A stretch of DNA of 64,000 nt from assembly GCA_963770835.1 (NCBI GenBank), contig CAVYRH010000019.1, forward strand, positions 32,001-96,000, in the 5' to 3' direction. This stretch comes from an uncultured Pseudomonadota bacterium. GTDB taxonomy: Bacteria; Oederibacteriota; Muellerivitia; Muellerivitales; Muellerivitaceae. This document shows positions 11,691 through 20,565 of this stretch, one piece after another. The position numbers were made by a program, and so were the translations under genes. The notes under the pieces are model-generated. The model searched no databases. It had not been told where the DNA came from and saw only the letters and a program-made list of their open reading frames with translations. How positions within the stretch are numbered: position 1 is the stretch's first letter; every line of letters begins with the position of its first letter.

Positions 11691-13061
11691 TTATTTTTCG
11701 AGGACCAGGTCGTCCACGTAGAAGGGCGAGACGGCTTTGGGGCCGTTGGAGGTAAGGACGATCCGGTTGAACTGGCCCGGAATCTGGAAGTCGGAGAGGT
11801 TCACCCGGACGTGGTTCCACTGGTTCACCGCCCAGCCTCGCGCGCCGGTGACGGCCTTTTCGATTCCCACCTGGGAACCCAAGTATTCGAGCCTCACCCG
11901 GAATTCCACGTTGCAGCCCGTCGGGTAAATCCAGAAAGAGATGTCTTTATCGTCCGCTGGCTTGACTGACGGGCCGTCAAATTGAATGGCACCCCAGGCC
12001 TTGTCGGGCAGGGCCACGAGGACGCTTTGGCTCCCGCCCGGGGTGTGGTTTTGGGCCTTGGAATGGAAATCGTAGCTTCCGTCGCTCCAGGAACTGGCCG
12101 TCCAGGCCGGATGGTCCCCGTCAAAAACCAGCGTCCCAACGGCCGTGCCTTCCGGTCCAGGGGAAGCCGCGGGTTCGGCCTGGGTTTTGACCGCCAAGTC
12201 CCGGTTGGGGCCGATGTAGTTCTCGGCGATCACGAGGTTATCAAACTGGCTGAATTCGTCCCTCGGCGGTGCCCAGCTCGCGTCCCCGCCCCCGAAGAAG
12301 GTCTCGAATTCCAGTTTTTCGATCTTAATGTCCGGGATGTCCCTGAAGCGCAGGCCGGTGACTTCCAGGGCCTTGTCCCCATCAAGCCAGGAACGGATGA
12401 TCCCGTCCTTTTTCCCCGGCGTATTCATTTGGACGAAGGTCTCCACGCAATGCCACTTGCCGGGCTTGAAGAATCGGGGACAACCGCCGAAGTCCCAGGC
12501 GAAATCCTCGCCGAAATCGCCCGGCTGGTCGGGATGGTAGACGTATTGGACGATTTTCCCGTCGGGCCGCCACATGACCCGAGCGCTCCAGCCGTCCCTC
12601 CCGTTGGGCTTGTGGCCTCCGGTATTGCCGGTGCCACCGGCCAGCCCAGGCAGTTTCCCCCCTTTGACGAAGTCAAAATCGGGGTCGAAACGGACGTAAT
12701 AGCGAAGATAAAGGGATTCCCGGGGCTTGATCGAAAGCTTGGAAAAGTCGCAGAGGAACTGGCAACCCCCGCCGGAGATGGCGCCTTGGGAATATTTCAC
12801 CCTCAGGGAATGGCCATCCAAGGCGCCGCTTCCCTCGACCAGGCTGCTATTGGCCGCCGGTTCCGGGCCCCAATCCATGCCCCAAACCGAAGTCCAGGGT
12901 TGGGCCTCGAAGCCGCCGAAGAAAAGGATGTCGTTTCGGGTTTTCAATCCCGGCTCAAGGGAACCCGCATCGCCAGCGGGGCCCGCCGCCCAGAGAGGGC
13001 TCGCCCAGCAAAACAGGGCCATCAACCAGGGGAATTTTCGGGGGAAAAAGGGCTTTTTCAC
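11691..13061 (-). CDS. Polysaccharide lyase (PL14-like) with C-terminal carbohydrate-binding module
   Basis: FDFVKGGKLPGLAGG, WSARVMWR, TFFGGGDASW; signal peptide. Confidence 0.8.
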   Translation of the reverse strand: MKKPFFPRKFPWLMALFCWASPLWAAGPAGDAGSLEPGLKTRNDILFFGGFEAQPWTSVWGMDWGPEPAANSSLVEGSGALDGHSLRVKYSQGAISGGGCQFLCDFSKLSIKPRESLYLRYYVRFDPDFDFVKGGKLPGLAGGTGNTGGHKPNGRDGWSARVMWRPDGKIVQYVYHPDQPGDFGEDFAWDFGGCPRFFKPGKWHCVETFVQMNTPGKKDGIIRSWLDGDKALEVTGLRFRDIPDIKIEKLEFETFFGGGDASWAPPRDEFSQFDNLVIAENYIGPNRDLAVKTQAEPAASPGPEGTAVGTLVFDGDHPAWTASSWSDGSYDFHSKAQNHTPGGSQSVLVALPDKAWGAIQFDGPSVKPADDKDISFWIYPTGCNVEFRVRLEYLGSQVGIEKAVTGARGWAVNQWNHVRVNLSDFQIPGQFNRIVLTSNGPKAVSPFYVDDLVLEK

Positions 13062-13073
13062 CCCCCCATCCTA

Positions 13074-14234
13074 TCAATAAAACACGAAGGCGTCCGCCAG
13101 GACAGCGTAGTTGGGATTGTCGACGGTGTTGACCGGGTCTATTCGAATGAAGTCGATTTGAGTCTTCAAGTTCCGGACGGGGTAACACCGGAGACTAAGG
13201 ACATCGCGGAACCCGTCATTCGCGTCCAAGCCCATCGAATCATTAAGCCATTCATTTGCCAGCCTTAAATAAACGCTGTTTCCCAAATCCACCTCGGCGC
13301 TGACGTGGTAGGCCTGGTAATCGGTTTGGGAGATGACCTGCCCCTCGGAGCCATTCCCCTGTCCGTCGTATCCCCGATCATACTCGGCTAGGATAACGAC
13401 CGGTTCGATCCTCCCCCATCCAAAGGCGCCGTAACGCAATTGGCGGTTGTTCAGGTCCAAATCATTTCCATAAACGGACCCTCCCACCGTAAAGGGCGAA
13501 AAACACATTCCTCCCTTGGCCGAAAAGATTTTCTCGTTATAACCGGCCACCGTGGCGCTCCCGGAAGAAGCGTTTCCATTTACCAAAGCCGCGTTCAGGA
13601 AAAAGGGGTCGGGATAGATGCCCGCTTCCATGCCGTCCGGATTCCCATTGTCAAAATTAAAGGCGCCGTTCAGCGCGACACGGACAAGGCTGTTGTCATC
13701 GGCAAGGGTCAGGCCGTAGGGGACCATGAATTTGCCTAACTTGATATAGGCCCCTTCCGGCAGGCCCGCAATCAAGGCATAGGCTTCGCGAACGCTTCCG
13801 GTATCCAAGCGGTAGGTAAACACGCCCGAAACCACCTCATTGGCCTTGGCTTGCAAGCTGAAAGCCTGCCGCCCTGGAATAGCCTGGCCAGGGTTGCCAT
13901 TGTAGGATTGGCCGTAAAAGGAACTCTGGTTGAAATTGGAATTGGGGTTGAAGGTCTGGGTGTAGCTTTCGTGAATGTCGACGCCCGTGGACACCCAGGA
14001 CGGCGTGTTGTGCTGGATTTTTTGGGCGGCGTCGGAGATTCCCTGCCAGTCGAAAGTCTGCAGGGAATTCCCGTAGTTCTTACCGAAGTCGTTTCGCAGC
14101 CAGCCACCGGTCTGGTTCACGTGGCAGGCGTTGCAGTTGACGCCCTTCCAGGCCGCGAGATAGGGCTCAGCCCAGGCCATCGTGCCCTCAAATAACAGAA
14201 TCGCCACAACCAACCCTGTCCGGAGAATAGGCAT
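13074..14234 (-). CDS. Monoheme cytochrome c fused to outer-membrane beta-barrel (Cyc2-like architecture)
   Basis: GAGGAGG SD; signal peptide then EPYLAAWKGVNCNACH; amphipathic beta-strands; C-terminal aromatic (FVFY). Confidence 0.7.
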   Translation of the reverse strand: MPILRTGLVVAILLFEGTMAWAEPYLAAWKGVNCNACHVNQTGGWLRNDFGKNYGNSLQTFDWQGISDAAQKIQHNTPSWVSTGVDIHESYTQTFNPNSNFNQSSFYGQSYNGNPGQAIPGRQAFSLQAKANEVVSGVFTYRLDTGSVREAYALIAGLPEGAYIKLGKFMVPYGLTLADDNSLVRVALNGAFNFDNGNPDGMEAGIYPDPFFLNAALVNGNASSGSATVAGYNEKIFSAKGGMCFSPFTVGGSVYGNDLDLNNRQLRYGAFGWGRIEPVVILAEYDRGYDGQGNGSEGQVISQTDYQAYHVSAEVDLGNSVYLRLANEWLNDSMGLDANDGFRDVLSLRCYPVRNLKTQIDFIRIDPVNTVDNPNYAVLADAFVFY

Positions 14235-14453
14235 GACGCCTCCTCTTTTCTTAGGATGACACGTCCATAAAATACACTTTTTCGTGAAAAGAGTTACCAG
14301 AAGAGGGGAAAAACAAAGGAAAAAAGGGCAGTACGGCTCGTATCGAGCCTGGAAACAAGCCAAAACTCAGTCAGCGGCTCTCTTAGCAAAAATTTCTAAG
14401 TGTTCCTGGAATTGAGCCTATTTCCTTTGTTTTTTTAGACTTCCGATGGATCT

Positions 14454-16697
14454 TTATCTTTTAAATTCCACGAAACGGGTCAAGAGAAGGGTCGCTCCAA
14501 CCACTAGAAAGAGGATGGAGACAAAAAGTCCCAGCCGGAACGAACCCGGTTCATACCTGAAAACCACCTGGTGATCCCCATCCCCTGCCAACGGTACCGC
14601 CATGAAAAGGCCGTCGGCCCGAAAGATGGACTTGGGTTCGCCATCCACCCAGGCATGCCACCCCGGCGAATAGCTCTCGTCAAAGACAAGGAACCCCTGC
14701 TTAGTGTTTTTCAACTGAAAGCCAGCTTCACAAGGGGAAGAGCGGCGTCCTTGAATGGAAGTTGGGGATTCCAAAAGCCGGGTGAGGAACCCCGTCAGCC
14801 AGTCCGTCCGGGACGGCCCATAACCAGCCAGGGACCGGGGGGAAGCTTGGAGGCATACCGAACCGCCATCCGGCCTGCGTTCCGTATAAACCTCGTCTTC
14901 CAGGAAGGCCTTGGGGTCGAGCAGCGCGGAAAAAACCGAGGGCCGGTCGTGGAACTCATGGACCTTCTCCGTAACCCAGGCGGTGGGCATGGCGCCCGCG
15001 TTTCTCGTCCAAACGCAGGAGTCATAAGTTTCATGGATGTCGTATTTAAAAGACGAAAGACTTTTCGAGAAAAGGATCAGGTTGACCCCCGCCGCATCGA
15101 GAACCCGGCCATCGTAGGGGTATCCCTTTTGAAGGTAACGACTCAAATTTTGGAACCCGTCGGTGTAAATGGTGAGGTAACCCCGGACGGACTTAAAGCC
15201 CCATACCACGTTGGTGTTGGGCACCAATTGGGCGGCGGTTTCTTGGATGGATTCGTCAATGTTTCCCCCGGTAGTCGGGTAAATCTTCCCATCTTCCCTG
15301 AGACTGGCCAACCTCCCCTCGCCGGTCAAGGCTTGGGCCTTCGAAGCCGCCTGCCGGACTTCCGCGTTTTGGTAGGGGTCTTGCACCGTGAGGATGACCC
15401 TGGTTGGGACAAAGAGCAGGTCAATCACCCATAGGGCTCCGCCCAGCCAAACCCATTTCCAATACCAGCTCTTCTTGGGAGTGGCGTTTGTTTTTTCCTG
15501 GAGGCCGAGGGCGATCGCAGTGAAGGCGCAAAAGATGAAAAGAAAACAGGCCTTTGTCGTTTCCAGGTGGTCCAAGAGTTTTTCGGGAAAAATTCGCCAA
15601 AGCGGAAAATGGATTCCGGTAAGCCAGAATGGCCAAAAGAGGGCAGTGAACTTCCAAAAGCGGTCCTTGGAATAAGGCGAGAAAAAAGACCAAATCAAAA
15701 TTCCTAAAGGCACCAAGCCAAGGTAGAGGTTGTCGAAGATATAAGAGGGGTAATCCCCTTGATAACCCGGAGTGCCCGGGATTCCCAGGATTTGGGGCGC
15801 GAATAGGGTCAGCTCATTTTTCCAATTCAGGCTGTAAAGCTGGTCTCCCCAACCTTCCCGGTGAAGGAATCCGAGGAAGTCCACGAAAGGAAGCCATTGG
15901 CAGGCGGTCAACCCCAAGGCCGCCGCAACGGCGGAAAGGTGAAGTCCGGCCACTTTCCAACTCGGCCGGCGAAAAGCAAGGAATACCCCCAAGAGCAGGA
16001 CCGTATAAAAAGTACAAAAGGGATAACCGGCCAATATCTGGAAAGCCCAAAAGAGGGACAACAGTCCACTCCACATCCACATCGAAGCACCCCTCACCCT
16101 AACCCTCTCCCCCAAGGGGCGAGGGAAATTGGGTTCTATGCTCCGTTTGCCCCCTCTCCCTCGAGGGGAGAGGGCCGGGGTGAGGGTGAATGTCGAATCC
16201 TGACTTTCTTCCATAAGCTTTTGCGAGGCCCAAAAAATCCAAGGAACCCAAGCCGCTGAGGCCAGGTGGGTGGGGAACCCCCAATAAAAAGCCATGAGCG
16301 CCGAGCCCGCGAAGCCCCAGGCGCAAAGGGTGGCGGCCAGGGGCGAGACCTTCAGGGCCCTCAGCCAGAGGTAAAACCCGACGGCCGCCAGGGCCTCGTG
16401 GAGCAGGGCCACCACAAAAAACCAGTGGGTGAGGCCGGTCAGGTTCCAAAGCCAGAAAAAGGGGTAAAAAACCGCCGGTTGGAAGGCCGCCAGGTGGGGC
16501 GTACCGCATGCGATATAGGGGTTCCAAAGGGGTATCCGGCCCTGCCGGAAGGACTCCACATTGAACCACTTTTCCGGGAAGACATATTCCATCGTGTCCA
16601 TGAAGGCCGGAAAGTGACCCCACAACCGGGCCATCCAATAGATAAGAAGGGTCCCAAAGCAGGCCCAAAGTAAGTAAAAAAGTTTGTTTTTCTTCAC
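14454..16697 (-). CDS. YfhO-family GT-C membrane glycosyltransferase
   Basis: GRIPLWNPYIACGTP; multiple TM segments; C-terminal ESYSPGWHAWVDG..FRYEP. Confidence 0.85.
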   Translation of the reverse strand: MKKNKLFYLLWACFGTLLIYWMARLWGHFPAFMDTMEYVFPEKWFNVESFRQGRIPLWNPYIACGTPHLAAFQPAVFYPFFWLWNLTGLTHWFFVVALLHEALAAVGFYLWLRALKVSPLAATLCAWGFAGSALMAFYWGFPTHLASAAWVPWIFWASQKLMEESQDSTFTLTPALSPRGRGGKRSIEPNFPRPLGERVRVRGASMWMWSGLLSLFWAFQILAGYPFCTFYTVLLLGVFLAFRRPSWKVAGLHLSAVAAALGLTACQWLPFVDFLGFLHREGWGDQLYSLNWKNELTLFAPQILGIPGTPGYQGDYPSYIFDNLYLGLVPLGILIWSFFSPYSKDRFWKFTALFWPFWLTGIHFPLWRIFPEKLLDHLETTKACFLFIFCAFTAIALGLQEKTNATPKKSWYWKWVWLGGALWVIDLLFVPTRVILTVQDPYQNAEVRQAASKAQALTGEGRLASLREDGKIYPTTGGNIDESIQETAAQLVPNTNVVWGFKSVRGYLTIYTDGFQNLSRYLQKGYPYDGRVLDAAGVNLILFSKSLSSFKYDIHETYDSCVWTRNAGAMPTAWVTEKVHEFHDRPSVFSALLDPKAFLEDEVYTERRPDGGSVCLQASPRSLAGYGPSRTDWLTGFLTRLLESPTSIQGRRSSPCEAGFQLKNTKQGFLVFDESYSPGWHAWVDGEPKSIFRADGLFMAVPLAGDGDHQVVFRYEPGSFRLGLFVSILFLVVGATLLLTRFVEFKR
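16090..16186. repeat. Palindromic CCCTCACCC...GGGTGAGGG element inserted in-frame in the yfhO-like gene
   Basis: CCCTCACCCTAACCCTCTCCCC ... GGGGAGAGGGCCGGGGTGAGGG inverted ends; translates as TLTPALSPRGRG..PLGERVRVRG. Confidence 0.8.
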
Positions 16698-16759
16698 GGG
16701 GATGAGTTTATGGGGATGGGTTTCGGCTGTAAACGCTTTTCATGCCGGGGCATTGGCGC

Positions 16760-18375
16760 TTAATGGGCCTTTTGATGCAGAAGGCCGTAAACCACTAGGC
16801 TGTCGGCGGTAGGGACATAAACCTTTGCCGTTAATGATGGTCGGGGGGCGTGAATTTGTTGTTGGGACTCCCGGTCGTATCGCGGCCGGCAGCCTGGGCG
16901 GAATTGTAAAGCTCATGGGCTAGGTTGTTGGCGTCGTAGGCCCGAAGGACGGCCTGTTTCCCGGGTTGGATGGCCCAGAGGATTCCATTTCGATCGCCGT
17001 TGGAGGAAACACTGGGGACACAGCCAGGGAAAGCGTAAGTTTCGGGAGTTTGGGGGAAAGCCTGGGTTTGGTAAAGGCCGTGGGACAGCCGGTAGGCTTT
17101 CAGGTGCTGGGCCACCATGCTCCAATAGACGAAGCCGTTGAAGCAGGCCGGCGTCATAAAGCATTGGCCGTTCGACAAGGCGGCGGCGTGGAATTCCTGG
17201 ACCACCGCATTACCTCCTCCATTTCCCTTCCGATAACTCCCCAAGTTGTCCCGGTCGAGCAAATAAATTTCACCAGTCTTGTCGCCCCCGGTCAAAAGAT
17301 GGGGATGGGCCGGGCTTCCGTAAGAATCAGGCAAGAGGATTTGGCCCACCGAGCCCACGTCCTGGTCGTTATCACTCAAGTCGGCTTGGTTGGAAGGCGC
17401 GAAATAATCCGCTTCCACCAATTGGGGGGTGCCCGCTCCCGCGATTCTCAGGATGCTGTCCCCGTAATCCCGCCCACCTTTGTCGGCGTCGAAGCTGCCG
17501 TTGCTGGTTTCGATATAAAGGTTCCCTTTTTCATCCACCGAAGGCGCGTCCCCCGAGCTCCAAATGGCGCCCTCGTTGCCATCGGGCGTCACATTGAAAA
17601 CCCCGACTTGCTCAGTGACGGCCGATGCTTTGTAACCGATCAGCCATCCGTGGTAGGCGCCCCAATTGTTGAAGTCGCAATGGGAAGTAAAGGCCGTAAA
17701 GACGACGCCGTTGTCGAGGGCAAGCCCGCAACGCACCTTGTAGGCCCGGGGGTTCAAGACATCCATAGCCCCCCCGTCGCCCGTGCCGGGGACGGTGGCC
17801 CGGATGGTGCAGGGTCCGCTGAATTTTTCCGTTCCTGTGGACAAATCCAAGGCGTGTAATTGCTGAAAAAATTGGGTGACCGCACCGGAGGCCTGCTTGG
17901 TCATGGCCACCAGGTAAATGGTGTTTGTTGAAAGGTCGATGACCGGCGTGTCCGTAATGCCGATTTCCGGTTGGATTTGACCGCAATAGCCGGCGTCCTC
18001 TTTGGAAACGGTGGTGATCCCCGCCCCCAGGTTGAGGAAAGTGACAAACCACAAAGGCGCCTGGTAGCTGTCGGCGTCAAAAGCGTAAACGCTGTCATGC
18101 TCGGTGCAGATGAAGATCACATTATGGGTTCCACCCGCGATGGAAAGATTGGGGACGTAAAGGGGTTGGCCGTAGACCTGCCCATCCACGGTCTGGGTGA
18201 AAAGCTTGCCGAAGGAAGACTTGTTGACATTGGAGAGCTTGAGTTGGGTCTCGTGGGGATTCAACCCCGTACGGTAGCCGTCATTGTGGTAGGTAATCAT
18301 GGCATCTTGGGCCGTCACTGGTGCCCCCGCCGCGAAACAGCCATAAACCAGGAAGAGAAATCCGATTTTTTTCAT
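16760..18375 (-). CDS. Secreted PQQ-like beta-propeller protein (two apparent frameshifts near the 3' end)
   Basis: TYHNDGYRTGLN, VDGQVYGQPL, HDSVYAFDAD; removing one C and one A restores KFTPPTIINGKVYVPTADSLVVYGLL to TAA at 16760. Confidence 0.75.
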
Positions 18376-20565
18376 TCCCATGTCCTTTTCAATCCGAGTG
18401 CCACCCATAATCCCAGAACCAAGAGAGAAAAGAAAAGCCCCAACCGGAAAGTTACGGGCTCAAAAGAAAAGGACGCCCGGGTCTCTCCATCATTCAGGAT
18501 CACGCCCCGGAACGAATGGTTGATGGTTTCCACCCGCCTCACCTGCCCATTGATCCGCGCCGTCCATCCGGGAAAGGCGGTTTCCGAGGAAACGATCAGG
18601 GCCTTTCCAATCCCCTCCGCCTTGATTTCAACGTGGTCAGGTCCGCACGAGGCGTATTCCACGGCGCGAAGCTGATAGCGTCCCAGCTTGGAGCAATCGC
18701 TTATTTCGCATTGCTTTCGATAATCCATATTGGCTTCTTCGACCCTCAATGAATCGTCGTCAAAGTTGGCGCAATATTGGGCTTCGGCCACCGAATACCA
18801 TTTCGGCAAGGGCGTTGGATTCTCTGAAATTTCCACTAATCCGCCTGGGTTAATTTCTTTGAAATCCCTGAATCCATTCTTGCCGAAGACGTAACGGACC
18901 CCGAGGTAATCCAAAACTTTCCTCGAATGCCGGATGGAATATTGAAAGGCGTCAAAAGTCCACCGAAAGGAATTTTTAAGCTGAAGCGTGTTGTAAATAG
19001 GCGCTTCTTCCTTCCAGAATTCCAAAGGCCAATTAGGGTACATCTTTTCCTTAGCTCCCCCATAGGCCTGCTCCATGTTGTCGCCCTGAAGCACCATGGC
19101 TTCCTTGAGAAGGGGCGGGGTGAAGAAAAGCCGGCCGGGCTTTGTTAAAAGAGCCGAAGTCGAGGATGGCTTCTCGTAATAAGACCTATCCAAAAGAATG
19201 TTGACGCTATGGGCCGCCGACCCCAAGGAAATGGCGAGGGCCAAAACCAGGAAGCTCCAACGAAAATTTGGATTCCGGAAGAAGGTGGAAACCAGGGCCA
19301 GCCCAAAGGAAAATCCGAAAGCGATTTTTGAAAGGGGAGCCTGAAGGAAATAAGAAAGGAGGAGAGCCGCCAGGAAAACCCAAAAGACAATCCCCGCCCA
19401 TAAAAGTCTGTTTTCCAAGGAAAGGGCTTTCTTGGCGAAATCTTCCGCCGACTCCATCGCCAGCCACGCCGTCCAAAAGACCAGGAAGGCGAGCCAATAA
19501 CCGGAATGGATGACCAAGGAATATCCCGGGAAAAAGGCCCGTAGGAACCGGTCGAGTCCCAATACCCCCAGGCTCAAAACCAAAACGAGAAGGAAAATCC
19601 CCCAGGAGGTTCTTTTATAAGCCAAACGAATCGAGCCCCAAAGCAAGAGACACAAGGCCGGCAGGCCCACAAAATATGTTGAAACCCAGTAGTGGGGCCC
19701 ATGATAGCCGGGAAGAAGGGGATGCCCTTGGTCGAATGGGCTTATGAGCGTGCCGAAATCCAGCCATCCTAAATCTTGGAAGCGGCTGGCTCCGTTCTCA
19801 TAATTACTCAATTTGAAAAGCTCCATAAAAGGCAGGCCCCACACTAGGTTATAAGCCAGGGCTACCAAGCCCGCCGCCAAGAGAACCCCCGCCCTCCTCC
19901 CAAACCACTCCATGTGATCTTTCGGTTGTTTGGCTAATTTCCAAACGAACTCCAGGAATACCGCCAGGGTGGTCAGATAGGTCAAAACCGGATAACCCGC
20001 CGCAAACTGCATGGCCCAGGCAAAGGATAAGTAGAGGAACCCGTTCTTTTCCCCCCGAAATATCTTTTCAACCGCAAAAAAAATCCAGGGAATCCAACTG
20101 ATGGTCATCAAGGCCACCGGCGTCCAGGAAGAACAAACCACATGGAGGGAAAAACCGAAGACCAGGCTTCCTAAAAAAGACGCTTTACCCGAAAAGCCCT
20201 GGTGCCGGGCGAAAACCCAAAAACCCAATAAAGCCCAGAAATGGTGGAGGATCGTGAGGGCCGCGAAGGCGTTCAAGGGGGAAAGCATGGAATAAAGAAG
20301 GGGCACGGGCGGGTAGGCATAAGCCATCTGGGGGTCGGCCAGGAAAGGGAGTTCCGAACTGGGCGTCGGGATTCCAAAGGGGAATCCAGCCCTGTTTCAA
20401 AACGTCGCTCCCCCACTTCCAAAGGGGGTAAAAGAACCTGGAAGCATCCACGAAAACGAAAATGGAATGGCCAAACATCACCCTCCAATAAAAGAGGATG
20501 ATCAACAAGGCCAGGGCCAGTGGACCGAAAAGGTCCGAAAAGGGAAAGTTCCTTCTGCCCTTCAC
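18372..20565 (-). CDS. YfhO-family GT-C glycosyltransferase (frameshift at ~20345)
   Basis: N-terminus (PLWNPDAQFGTPF) lies in ORF 20185-20817, the rest in ORF 18372-20327; removing one T gives GTPFLADPQMAY. Confidence 0.78.
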
